Shown: positions 13,019-24,880 of the stretch, one piece after another | Position numbering within the stretch: position 1 is the stretch's first letter | How the letters are laid out: every line of letters begins with the position of its first letter | Assembly (NCBI GenBank): GCA_002256025.1 | Contig: NKIB01006909.1 | Span: 62,001 to 118,070 of the forward strand | DNA: 56,070 nt | Source: Asterionella formosa | Taxonomy: Eukaryota | Reading direction: 5' to 3' | Position numbers and translations under genes: made by a program | The notes under the pieces: model-generated | Seen by the model: the letters and a program-made list of their open reading frames with translations, nothing else | What the model was told of the DNA's origin: nothing | Databases searched by the model: none

Positions 13019-16000
13019 CTATCTTCCTCCATCCTCAATCGCCTCCGTTAACAACTCGAGTAGCTTATCGACACCGATCAAACGCCACATCGCTTGCCAC
13101 GAGTTGTCAATTTTGGGAGCCTCTTCGGATCGGCGAGCCACTCGATGCATCTGTTCCGGGCCAGCACCATAAGGGAACATACCAGCCTGTTCTGCTCGAG
13201 CATGCATGGCAGTGAGCTCGGCGTCAGTCATGCTAGGCTCACGGCTCATAAAATTGATGCCTTCAAAGACTCTCACTCCCCCTCGCTCCAAGCATTGGAA
13301 CTGAATGGCCTCTTTGTATTCACCTTAATATGTAACACAATGGAATCAGGTTTGAGAAAATTAATTCCACTGCAATAAACTTGATTTCACAAAAATCTCT
13401 TGCTATCTAGAACGAGGCAATAAACAAAAACATTCACATACTAATCAAACATACCTGTTGCGGGGTCTTTTTGAACATCAACAATGTAATTTGGGAACTC
13501 CACACCAAAGCCGCTCTCGCGAAGAATGCCAGGTGGATCATTCTTATCGACACGACCAAAAAGAAAGTAGTGTGCACCGTTTGCAACGGGAGACTTATCC
13601 CATGACAGGGGTGCTGCATCAGGAGCAGGCCCTTTAACTCCAAAGTCATCGGTCCATGCATTGCCATCTGCTGTTACCTGGAGAAGACAAGATTAACAAA
13701 CGATCACATCACGTAAAGCAGCATACCACTTCATCGTCATACTTACCTTGATATCTAGAGTTGTGTCGTATACTTCCTTGAATTGAGTCCAGTCGTGGAA
13801 TTTATGCTCATACCACTTTCCTTGGTACTTTTGAAGATCGAAATTATTCATGCTTGATTGACGGACCTCCTCATAGGCAGGGCATCCTTTCACCACTTTA
13901 CCTTGGTATGGGTCATCCAACGCAAGGTTGTAGTCTCCAAGACCAGCTTGCCCATCAAGACCAGCACCAACATAAGCCAAGAAAGCAGCAAACGCTGCAA
14001 TATTGACAGCGTTACGGATTTCCTTGGAGGTTGTGACTGCTGCAATAGCAACAACATTGGCGGCCACGAAAGTGTAAGGAATCAAGTCAGCGATCTTGGG
14101 TCCTGGACTACCATGTAAAACATCACTGATCCACAAAATGGGCTGAAGTATAGGATGACCCACAGCAAAGAAAATCCAGAAGTTCACGGCAGCCCAGAAG
14201 TCTTCAGGGTTCTCGACGTTGGCTTTCATTTCCAAAACAGAGGAAAAGAAATTTATGAATCCACCAGCATGAATCGCAACAGCTCCCGCACCTATAAATG
14301 TGGCAGCCACGGTAAGAGCGTTATTTGGAATAGCAGCAAGAGGATTGCTGAGACCATCGCTTATTGCAACTTGTTTCGTGCCCGCAACAATTTCGAGCGT
14401 ATCCATGAAGGCATCCGCAAATTTGAAATTCGTTTCGTCGCTTACAATTGGCGACGCGGGGTGGAATGTGCACATCATTTCGCCAGCAACCGTCAGACAT
14501 GAGGCTTGGTACAAGCACCCTGTCCGGGCATGGGACGTTGCAAAATAGATATCTTCAATCTCATACTTGCCGTGCTTGGCCTAGGTACAAGGATAAATGA
14601 TATAAAAATCAGAGGCGTATGCGTAATTCCATTTTGATTTACAAAATCACTTACCTTCAACGTGTCTCGTTCAATATCCCCTTCCCTTCTTACCGCCTTT
14701 TGGCGATCGTAAACCCCCACGTTGGTAACACCGGCACTATAAGCTCTCCCCAGACTGTCTGAAGATTTCGACGTTAGATCGACAAGATTGTTCATGTCAC
14801 TGATGGTCATGGCAAAGTCAAACACGCGGGCAGCATTTCTTGGACCGTCAGATTTGACAAACTCCGAAGTCTGCTCCTTGCCTTCGCGAGCCAATCCCCA
14901 GAACATATTGATTTGCTTCGTCGATGGATTCTGTCGTAGTGTCTCCCCCGATCGATCATCCAACGGGCCGTGCATCAAGTCCATACTTCCAGCCATGCAA
15001 GCGATGGTCTCAGCATTGTCAAGCTGATCCCCAAATCGTTTCATGTCTAGTGATTGAAGAACTTTGTAATTTCTGGATGATCCTGATTTTACGCCGTTGT
15101 CAATAAAGTCGGTCGCAGTCAACGTCATCGCTGCTGTGAGGGCGTTCGTCATCGAAACTCCATTCTGGCGACACTTGGCAAGCAAAGCGGAAGTTGCCTT
15201 TTCTGAAAGCTTACGAAACTGAAGGGTTGACTTGCGTTCTTGGCTCGTTTCGTCGACGCCTCCAGCTGCTTTTCCCGTAATGATTGTCAGCGCTCCTAAT
15301 AAACCACCTCCATCTTTCGGTGCTGTCGAGTCAGGCAATATCACTGGATTCTTTAAACCCTCCCCGGCCTTACCAGCCACATATTGTAGAGTTTCTGGAG
15401 TGAACCCTCCGACTTGAATATCGCTAAAGCGTTTTTTTGACCCCAAAACGGAGTCCTCTAAAGCCATGGGCATTTCGAGCTTTGCAGTTGGTTTCATTTC
15501 TTCGCCACCTTCTAACGCAGCAATGTTGGCAATAATTTGATCAGTCAGCATATTTGCACTCGACTGATCACTAATAGCATGGTTAAAGGAGAATATTATA
15601 GCACATGTACCATATCCACTTTTGGGGCGGTGAAGCTCCATCTTCCATAGTGGTCCTTTTTCGACATTGCACCATGACCCGTTGTCGAGATCCCGCTTGA
15701 ACGCTGCTTCCCAACTTGAATCAATGGAAGATCGATTGCTACCTTCTACTTGCACAATGGTTAATACATCCTTACTAGTGAAGGAAGATTCTGGTGACAC
15801 AAAAGTGCATGGGTTAGGTTCTCCCTTCCGGACCATTTGAAAGAGATCAATCCGTTCGTCAGGCTCGCCATTTCCCTCCACATGACAACGCAACAAAGGA
15901 TGAGACATAATGGCTTGATCAATGGCCTCTCGAAGCAAATTTTCCGGTGGAGTGGCTGATAGAATAGTGCAGCTAACATGATTCATTTGGGGAAATTTCA

Positions 16001-16259
16001 CATCGCCTGGAGCATATTGTCGAGGTAGCATAAGATTTTCCTGAGATCCAAGGACTCGGCGCTCATCCTTAGCCCTTCCAGGCATATTGGACACTTCGTT
16101 AGCAAAGAACATTGTATCCTTCGTTTGCATATAATTTTTGACCAGAGTGGAGATCTTGAGTCCATAACTATTGCTGTTTCGCAGAATATTCTGTCGCAGT
16201 GAAAACGCCGATGCTGTGTTGGTCAAAATCAGCACAGAAGCTGCGGAAAAAGTTCTCAT
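13019..16259 (-). CDS. Plastid-targeted HxxxD acyltransferase (condensation/alcohol-acetyltransferase-like) + transmembrane region + lipocalin fusion, about 988 aa, 4 exons
   Basis: Exons 16259-14655, 14580-13747, 13677-13455 and 13323-13019. All introns are GT-AG (74, 69 and 131 bp); the total is 2967 nt and stays in frame. Signal peptide plus TASA-FSL plastid motif; HPLLR and FNHAISDQSS (HxxxD); a hydrophobic block; lipocalin SCR1 NFDLQKYQGKWYE. Confidence 0.85.
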
Positions 16260-16591
16260 CTTTGCTGGTAAGTCAGCTGCGGGATCGATAACTAAAAATC
16301 AATCAGAAATCAGAGGAGAAGAGCAGTAGCGAGCAGTGAAGACACTACTTAAGAGCTACGTTTTCATTTGGTGGTGAGATAACAGGATTGTTCAAGTTTT
16401 AACAACACATTGAAGTGATTCAAGGATGATCTAAAATATATAGCCACATAATTAATATACCTGATTTTTGAATAGTGACATAAATAGCAGAATCTATGAT
16501 TATGTACATGTCCGTAGATGTTCATAAACTGAAAATCTGTGTGACGACACTTGGAACTCTAATGCTTGAACGACTCCTACCACCTGTACCA

Positions 16592-16680
16592 GCAAGTTGC
16601 GGTCATTTTGCTTAAACAAACATTTTAATCTGGGATAAAAGTAGCTAAATCTTTAGTTTCAGCAAGTTACCGCAACTTGC
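16592..16680. mobile_element. 89-bp MITE, copy 1
   Basis: Terminal inverted repeat GCAAGTTGCGGT...ACCGCAACTTGC; near-identical copy at 32576-32664. Confidence 0.85.
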
Positions 16681-17231
16681 ACAGGTAGTCATTGCCGCAC
16701 CTGTATATACCGGTTCCTAGTTCCACTATTTACTTATTACCGGTAAAAAGCCCGGTAAATATCAGTATGGCACTCCTCTATGAATATATCGTGAATACCG
16801 GCATATACCCTGACGTCAATAGGTACCTGGTACCAGGTACCCATTTTGGAGCACAACAGCATAAAATTTGGTTTGCACATTAGGATTTCGATAGATTACT
16901 CTGAAATTCTCATGGAAGAGAAGGAACGGATTGTTCAAATCCTGAGCTCTCAAATATTTTCTGGATTGCTGGTGCAAGGACCACACAGTGATATCATGAG
17001 TGGGCCTTGGGGGAAATACTTTCTGTTCTTGCTTGGCATGACAAGGCAGAACTAGTCTAGCCTAAATACATGGTCTAATTTTGCATCATGTATCTAGATT
17101 GAAATATCGTCTGCTGCAGTACTAGGCCAACCAGTTAGTAAGGCGACGAACAATTAAGGGACTATGTATATTTCAGTATATCCTTCCATCCACCCAGGAT
17201 GAGACAATGCATACCTTCCTTGACGCAGAGA

Positions 17232-18671
17232 TTAATTTTCCCTGTTCATCATATCTTTCAGTGACTTTGCTTGCTCGTTTGTAATTATGCCAGCAAGGAT
17301 ACCACGTTCCAAAAGGCTAATCAACTCGTCGGAACCACCAGTTGCCTCCTTTAGCGCAGCTTCCAACTCTTGCATTTGTCTCTGAAATCCTGGGTCAACG
17401 CCCTTGGCGCCACCCTCTGGTATTTTGAAGAGGTAAGCAGTGGCCCGAGCGACACGAATTGATGGCGAGTGGACACGAGCAAAGAAATCACACCAAACGG
17501 CAACATCGACCATCAAGGGGACGCAAAGGACTGAATCCATACATCGTGTGTAAGTCATCATGGTATGTGGAGAGTGCAGAAATCCAAGAGATGTGTATTC
17601 CACAACGTCGCGTTTCTCATCCAACATAAATGGCGTGTACATGACGGCAACATGATGGTCCAAGTCATTCTCGTGCCACGGTCCGAAAATGTCTGATTTG
17701 ACTCGTAGCTTGGCTGTGATGGTCTTTTTCGAAGTTAAATTGAGCATATCATTATTTCCTAAGTGATTTGAACTGGCAATGACGCGCGGAGTAAGACCAA
17801 GTGCACGAATGTATTCAACTGCTGCAGTCTTGAACTTGGTCTGGCCCGCCTTGAAGTCAGTTCCTAAGGCATATGCCGGTTGCTTGGAAACATGAGAAAA
17901 TTTGGCCAAGACCTCCGATGAGCTAGAACGATATGAAGATTCGAACAACTCGACCATGGCTTTCGAAAGTGTGTTTTGTGATCCACCGTTGACAAATGAG
18001 CACCCTTCAAGACCAGCAGCAATGGCATAGATAATTGAAGGAGACATGTCACAATCGTCAAAATTATCTAGTACAGCTTGAAGAAGAGCATCTGCTGTGT
18101 GAATCAGGCTAACATCAGCGGGTCTCTCGACGCTTGCTGACCAGATAACAGTGGTATGACCATCAACCTCGTTTTTGCTGATAAAGTTTCGAATATCCTT
18201 GCGTAAATGGTCCACTTTTTGGGCAAATGTAGTCAACCCCGTGACAACATGTGTAGCAGTCTCATACTGTGTCTCTCCAAGAAATGAGGAATCGTAAATG
18301 CCCTTCATGATCTTAATTTGGTTCATATCGTTACGAACTTGACGGACTAGATCGTACTCCAGCACTCGACTATGGTAGAGTGCATCGCCCAAAGGCGTTG
18401 GCCGAATATCCCATCCACCAATCACTAATTCAGCTGCATCCGCCAAGTCGTACCGTCCCTTGAAACCAACGCCCCCATGAGTTCCCTTGGGTTCCAATTG
18501 TGTGATGCACCCATTCCAAGAAGGTGCGCTGACTCTTCCAGCTGCTGATGTTTCCCATTCCAGGCCTCGTTTGTTGGCCATTTGCCCGGCGACTAACGTC
18601 ACTCCATTGTTCCCTCCTAGGCCAACAATCAGGATGCCAGCCGTTTTCGGTGCAGTGGAGTTGGTCCTCAT
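17232..18671 (-). CDS. INO1: Myo-inositol-1-phosphate synthase, divergent (479 aa)
   Basis: GLGGNNG Rossmann motif, [43 protein letters not shown] and DSVLCVP all align to MIPS core motifs. First in-frame ATG is at 18671; the ORF track starts at an upstream TTG. Confidence 0.9.
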   Translation of the reverse strand: MRTNSTAPKTAGILIVGLGGNNGVTLVAGQMANKRGLEWETSAAGRVSAPSWNGCITQLEPKGTHGGVGFKGRYDLADAAELVIGGWDIRPTPLGDALYHSRVLEYDLVRQVRNDMNQIKIMKGIYDSSFLGETQYETATHVVTGLTTFAQKVDHLRKDIRNFISKNEVDGHTTVIWSASVERPADVSLIHTADALLQAVLDNFDDCDMSPSIIYAIAAGLEGCSFVNGGSQNTLSKAMVELFESSYRSSSSEVLAKFSHVSKQPAYALGTDFKAGQTKFKTAAVEYIRALGLTPRVIASSNHLGNNDMLNLTSKKTITAKLRVKSDIFGPWHENDLDHHVAVMYTPFMLDEKRDVVEYTSLGFLHSPHTMMTYTRCMDSVLCVPLMVDVAVWCDFFARVHSPSIRVARATAYLFKIPEGGAKGVDPGFQRQMQELEAALKEATGGSDELISLLERGILAGIITNEQAKSLKDMMNREN

Positions 18672-19003
18672 GGCTGTTTGATAATTGTCTGGAGTTTTTA
18701 CTACCGGTCCTTTCCTTCTTGTTGTTTGTATCTTGTCAAACAATTGTTGTGAAACATGATTTCGCTTTGTTCAAAAATGATTCGTTCGACAGTATGATAT
18801 CATGACCGTTGTGCGTGATGTTAGGTGCGGTTGCATCACCTTTCTAATAGTAAGGGATTCATAATTTATTAATATACTCATATACGTATATATGTACCGA
18901 TTGTTGATCTTGCTTTGCGGCCAATATATTTGTCACATGATCATGATCATGCTTCACCGCTGCCGTTCTTTGTTAAGCGCCTGCCTCCGACGCTGATCAT
19001 GCA

Positions 19004-20597
19004 ATGGCCGTTCCTAAAATCAAAAAGCCTTCAAGTGGCTGGACAACGAAGGCGTTCGTTGCTTCACTCGTCGTAATCAGCGCGCTCTTTGTTGGTTTCA
19101 ACGTTGACAGCAACAACAACGCCTTGTCGTCGTCACAGTCACCACTGTCAAGCATCGACGTTCCTCTCACCAAGCCATCATCAATATCAGAAAGCAAATC
19201 GCTCAGCATTCAGAAAGTTACCGACACTGAAAGACTTCCAAAAGCAGCTACGCCGACTAGCGCGCCAGTTATTGCATATGCCATTTCACTGATCAAGTGC
19301 GAAGACAAACAAACATCGACGGCAGGTCTGATTGATGCAGCACTAGTGCTTCGCCATTCAGTACATATGCAGTCCATTCGAAATGAAAAATCTGGGAGTA
19401 GATATGATTATCAAATGTATGCCATTGTTCATGTCGATGCTGTGAAATGCTCAAGCATTCTGAAGGCAGTTGGTGAGTAATTTCGTATCGGATCGCGGTA
19501 GGTTGCTGGTCCAGTACTGGATTCCTTCCTCTCACCACACCGTCACCTACTTCTGATCCTTAGGATTCACCACTATCATTGCCGAAACACCAATAAATCA
19601 AACTGAAATAAAGAGTGAACACTTGCGAAACACGATCCATCGCGAATGGTGTTGTGGACATCACGAATTTATCAAACTCCAAGCCTTCAATTTGGTGCAA
19701 CACCCGGCGGTAGTACATGTTGACATTGATTTCTTATTCTTGAAACCAATGGATGCCTTATACGATGCAATTATTTTTGACAAGAATAGTCCAGAAGGAA
19801 AGGCAGCTAGGAGTCAAATTCAAATGGAGAGACCCGAGGAAGACATGCCTGAGAAGATCAATGCCTTTATTACTCGAGATTGGCCACAAGTAAGACCAGG
19901 TCGTATACCGGGGTATCAAGCTGGGTTTATAGTACTTAGACCAGACCCAGCGATACCCAAGGAATTGTATGAGATTATATTGGAAGGCAACTACACGAAA
20001 GGCAATTCGCGGGAGAATGGATGGGGCGGATTGGGATATGGATCATTTGTCGGAGCAATGGCCATGCAAGGACTCATGGCTTATTACTATGATATTGTTT
20101 CGCCAAATTCAGTCGTAGAGCTTAACCAATGCCGATATAATTGGATGGGAATGGATATCTTGTACCGTGCACCTCCGAATTTCAACGCAAAACTTGGAAT
20201 GACAGGACGCTGTAGGAATGACCGAAACACCTGTGAACAATGTTATGAGACAAATTCAAAATTAATTCACAATGTACATTACACTCAATGTCGCAAGCCA
20301 TGGAACTGCGTGGGAGTAGGATTACCTGGTGGAGCAAAGGGCCTCGCAATCGATACAAATGCAGGAAGCTATGAGAAGTGCATGGAGATTGTAACCAAAT
20401 GGCATGAGTTGAGAAGTGACTTCGAAAAGAAGTTTTATGCATTGACCAATGACGAAAGGATTTTAAAAGCCGCACAATGCAATTACAAGACTCAACTATT
20501 TAATGGACATTGTGCAGGAGAAGGAGGCGGGAATTATTCTCAAATAGATGCATCCGAAGAATCCTTTTCAAAAATTCCGCAGATGTACATTCGTTAA
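19004..20597 (+). CDS. Type II membrane glycosyltransferase, GT8-like, 2 exons
   Basis: Exons 19004-19472 and 19564-20597 with a 91-bp GTGAGT...TAG intron, in frame (KAVG-FTTII). N-terminal TM helix, CCGHHEFIKL, HVDID (DxD), QAGFIVL, QGLMAYYY and HYTQCRKPW. Confidence 0.85.
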
Positions 20598-20705
20598 ATC
20601 TTAGAAGAATCTCTTTGGCTATTCCAATTTGGTATTCAATAAGCCATGGAGTATCGGGATCCCATTTAACTATATGATCATCGTCGTTTCTAACGGATTG
20701 GAGTT

Positions 20706-22316
20706 CTACCTTCTTTCCTTTAGGTAGGGACCAATCGTCATTGGTTGCAATTTTTTTCGAATCCACGTTCGAAGTTTCACCGAACCAGTGTTTGTGGAAT
20801 CAAATTTTCGGGCAAAGAGGAAGCCCATCTTCTTGGCCTCCACCAAATAGTACTTGAGATCACGCGCCTTAACATTCAAGCCTTTGGTGAAATTCCAATG
20901 GATCCTAGCATTTCTGTCGCCTAACACATAACAGGAAGTATTGTCCACCTTCAAAAGAGCGTTGCTCATTGTATGCTTACATCCTGGCAATCCGCTCCAG
21001 AATTGTAGCATACTGCCAGTCGCAAGCGTTTCCTCTGCTAGACCGATCGCTTTCATTGATCCATACCATACCAGCTCTTCCAAACAACAACAGCAACCAT
21101 ATTTGGACGAAGCCATAACCTCCATTGCATCAACGCTCTCCAAGAGTGCCTTTACTGTTGCATAATCAAAAATCCCCTGATTGCCAGAGTTACTCTTCTT
21201 ATTAAACAATTCCATGATCTCTGGTCGCATTGGTAAATCTAGGTCCGCCCTTGATTTCGAAGCTTTCAATGGGTATTCTTTGGATTTTTGACGAGAATAG
21301 GTGAGAGCGATTCTCCCGAAGTGTTCTTTTGAGATGTTTTTGGCAAAATCGTTAGCAATTTCTCCCATAAATACCTTCCGACCAGACAATTGCAACGCCT
21401 GGGCCAATTCCATTGCTGAATAAAGTGGGTACACAGCACCTCCCAATGCGAGAAAGTACGAAAACGTTAGACCAGAATCAAACACGAGCCAACGCATTAT
21501 ACGGAGATTGATATCTGTCACTTGACCGGTTTTGTACACAATACTTCCGAATTTCAAAACAACGACATTCTCGTACTCCACGGCAAGCTCCCTTACACCT
21601 TTTTCGAAATCAGGATTTGTGTAGCGTTCTAAATGAATGATGATGTAGTGTTGGGGCAAGTGGACTCCCTTCAGCAAAAGTTTCAAGTGTTTAATATCTT
21701 TGTATGCCACAATGGCTATTGCCAAACGAATAGTGCTCGTGTCCACGTGTAATACATTTCTGAGTATAGCTGCTGCTTGTTCTGGATCTGCCTCCTGTCG
21801 AACTGTAGGTTTATAGAGGGCATAATCACAAAACCTTGAATGGTTGGAGGCATAGATCTCCAATAGTTCCAACTTCATTTCATGTCGACCATCGAATCGC
21901 GTTCTTGTTTTGGGAAAGTTTGTCAGATTTCGTGGCATGGCAATAGACGTAAAGTCGTAAACATCATTCCAATCCACATCTTGAAAGTTGCAATGGTCTA
22001 AGTATGCTGTATCGGACCAGGAGGAAGCCCGATACCCTTGAGTCACCGGATCGATAGACAGGGCCTGCTGCAGGAACTTGTTCTCTGGAAGTGGATGTAC
22101 GGGTAAGATAATGTACTTCTCTGCAGCATTCGTTACTGGTGTCAGATTCTGGTTTTTCGCTTTAATCGCTTTTAACGTGGTGCGACTATCATCAACTATG
22201 AATGTATACCACAATAGTAGACTAGACAGAGAGATGATTCCAACTAGAAGGCTTCTAATCGCCCATTTTCTTGCGTGGGCGAATTGTCGCTTTTCCTCGT
22301 CCTGGTCTTGTTTCAT
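20706..22316 (-). CDS. GT14 (core-2/I-branching/xylosyltransferase-like) glycosyltransferase, copy A (536 aa)
   Basis: N-terminal TM helix, RLAIAIVAYKD...HYIIIHLE, LALGGAVYPL, CLEE and FLFARKFD typical of the Branch family. Confidence 0.8.
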   Translation of the reverse strand: MKQDQDEEKRQFAHARKWAIRSLLVGIISLSSLLLWYTFIVDDSRTTLKAIKAKNQNLTPVTNAAEKYIILPVHPLPENKFLQQALSIDPVTQGYRASSWSDTAYLDHCNFQDVDWNDVYDFTSIAMPRNLTNFPKTRTRFDGRHEMKLELLEIYASNHSRFCDYALYKPTVRQEADPEQAAAILRNVLHVDTSTIRLAIAIVAYKDIKHLKLLLKGVHLPQHYIIIHLERYTNPDFEKGVRELAVEYENVVVLKFGSIVYKTGQVTDINLRIMRWLVFDSGLTFSYFLALGGAVYPLYSAMELAQALQLSGRKVFMGEIANDFAKNISKEHFGRIALTYSRQKSKEYPLKASKSRADLDLPMRPEIMELFNKKSNSGNQGIFDYATVKALLESVDAMEVMASSKYGCCCCLEELVWYGSMKAIGLAEETLATGSMLQFWSGLPGCKHTMSNALLKVDNTSCYVLGDRNARIHWNFTKGLNVKARDLKYYLVEAKKMGFLFARKFDSTNTGSVKLRTWIRKKLQPMTIGPYLKERR

Positions 22317-22684
22317 TTAAGCTTTGAGGACGACGGAAGTTGTGTATAGCCATCAGGGAGAAAAACAGCAACCAATGAAACATCAGAAATAAATACCGGT
22401 AGGAACGCACAAGGATTGTTATACATGGGTCGACAGGAATGTTTCGTTGGTATACCGGTACATACGTAGCAATATTTTATCAATAAACCGTGATTTAATT
22501 AATGCACTACCGGTATTCGGGAGTGTATCAGGTATACTCCCGGTACACTATTCCATGAACGAAGATGGAAGTGAAAGTAAGATTATTTTGATGGGTCGTG
22601 CTTGAGTCAACCTTCGGCATTCGTTGAACAAACTGTACCTGGTACCCGGTAATATCGCTCAACGGACCGCATACCGGCATGTCA

Positions 22685-23905
22685 GATTCTTTCCGGCTAG
22701 GCTGAATTCAGCCTAATAGACTGGATTCAGTCTGGATATCCCTTGCCCCTAGCTAAATTCCACGGATATTTCATTTCTGAAAAGTTAATCTAAATCTACA
22801 GATCTATAGGTTTTAAAGGTACTATGCATAGCAATAAGGTTATAAGGTAAAAAATATCAGATGCATGAGAAGTCTGCCTGCCAAAAAAATCTCAAAAAAA
22901 AATCGTCCATGTTGATTGGGATGGCACAAAAACGAAAATTGACGATGGGCAAAGGTGCCGTTGTTTTATGCCTTTCGAAGTACATTCAACCATCGCTGTG
23001 GGTCCGAAATCATCATGTGATATTGCAAAAGGTCCTCATCGACTTGAAAGAATGTCAGTTCTGCACAGGGAGCTCAAGAAAATCAGAGGTAAGAGGTGAT
23101 GGCCATTGCAGTCACAGCTCCCAGGACTGTGGATGATGCTGATATAACCTTTTACTATGATGAAGACAATTATGTTCTTGAGTAGGCAGAGGAAGGAGAA
23201 GTGATCCCTTCAGAGCTTCTCAAGCTTGTCAAGTGTCCTAGCTAGCACAGTTCATGACTCTGACGATGTTGCCATTCCAGCTGGATTTGTTGATATTGGT
23301 GTTGACAATGCCCCAGAATCTTAAAAGTTTTTTGTAATGATGAAGTTGCAAACTATTTGTTTGATAATGAGTGGGAGAAGTCAGGAATTTCTTGGGACAA
23401 GGAGACAGTTGAATGCATCAAAGAGCAATGCTATATTTTCATCATTTCCAATTCATTTTAAGTCCACTGCCTTCAAGTTATTTAATTTAAACTTTCTTTT
23501 GGGTTCCGAAACAATTCTAGTTTGTTTCTCATTGATCAAAAGATAAATGGCAAAGCTGTAACAACTCAGATGGATTGAAAAATGGTGCAATGAGCATGGT
23601 GAAGAGGAAAGTTTGCGTAGATCATGAATAACAAAAACAAATTACCTCAAATTTCGACATACTGTTCAGTTTCCATGACGCAAAGCATCCTTCCCAAATC
23701 ACTTTGGAGGTGATATGTGCAACGAAATAGTGGCTAAATTAGTAGTTCAAATTCGAATTCTTTGTCTTCAACATCTATAGCCCTTTTAATCAGGAGAAAA
23801 ATTACTATCCGATGATGTATCTAAAGTTAAAAGAAAGTAACAGCAAGTTTTGGAAATTGAGCTTCAAGGAGAGACTGAAATCAGCCTATTGAGCTGGAAA
23901 GACCC
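22685..23905 (+). mobile_element. Non-autonomous TIR DNA transposon relic, copy 1
   Basis: Left end TTCTTTCCGGCT-AGGCTGAATTCAG is an imperfect inverted repeat of right end CTGAAATCAGCCTATTGAGCTGGAAAGA. Internal decayed coding fragment MGKGAVVLCLSKYIQPSLWVRNHH. Homologous to 47272-48194. Confidence 0.8.
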
Positions 23906-24373
23906 CAGATAGATGAAGAATGGTACCAGGTACCAGGTACCCTACTCGGAGTAATGTTACTTCAAAAATTTGCATCCTAATTGTACCGCTATTCATTTGA
24001 TTTTGACATCACCGCATCGATGCCATAAGGAAAGTAACGGTATCTTCTCTTGGTCTATATATCATCATAGGAAACATATGAAAAGTATACAGTAGTCACC
24101 TTTCGAAGATAAACCAAACATATGCAGCCCCTTCATAATGCTCTTTTCAGTAAATATACTGTGAGGGAATATCAACATACTAATACCATGTCTCATAGAG
24201 TTGGACTAGCTTTTTTGTTTACCTAATTGGAGTGAGGTGGCTTTTTGCTGATGGTTTCAACTAAAACAATGGCCTAGCTTATGAGGTGAAACATGCCACT
24301 TGTTACCAGAATAAATGTTGACTCCTGTCATCCCTGCTACTTTGCGTAAACGAATGCAATTGCAAGTTCTGTT

Positions 24374-24880
24374 CTACGACAATGGAATAGAATTGATCAA
24401 TGAAGCCATCGTTTGCTGTCCCAGTTCAGCAGTTTGTTGTGGTGGCGGCAGTTCCGCTTCGTCTATGCCTAGCCAATCGTTCCATCCCTTCCAATCGGTC
24501 TTGTAAAACAAGTCCGGTCGATAGGGTAGACTACTGGCTTCACTACTTATGACTCTGCGAGTGCTCCTCGGGCTACTGGTAGTGCTTGGTGCGTTGGTCA
24601 TCATGTTTCCTGTGGAGAAGGAATGAATCAATTCCATGTACTCGCTTTGCGAACCAAGATGGAGTTTCTGCGCTTCTCGCCGTCCCTCGTCAAAGTTCAA
24701 CATAATACCCAGGAAATCAGCCCAGGATTGCCAGTCGTGTTCCCATATTTGATCGGGATTCTTGGGGAGTTGATAGGATCCTTCTGGAGCGGAATAATCC
24801 AGGAATTCTTGTTTCGACTGCACGCCGTAGCTGCGAGCAATGCGGCGGGCGTCTTTGAAGGTGTACACCACAGCGGGCAT
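24374..24880 (-). CDS. Small protein with two LP-x-P-x-W-x-x-W-x-D-(F/W)LG repeats (168 aa)
   Basis: First in-frame ATG at 24880. Repeats YTFKDARRIAR...LPKNPDQIWEHDWQSWADFLG and LNFDEGRREAQ...LPYRPDLFYKTDWKGWNDWLG. Confidence 0.7.
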   Translation of the reverse strand: MPAVVYTFKDARRIARSYGVQSKQEFLDYSAPEGSYQLPKNPDQIWEHDWQSWADFLGIMLNFDEGRREAQKLHLGSQSEYMELIHSFSTGNMMTNAPSTTSSPRSTRRVISSEASSLPYRPDLFYKTDWKGWNDWLGIDEAELPPPQQTAELGQQTMASLINSIPLS

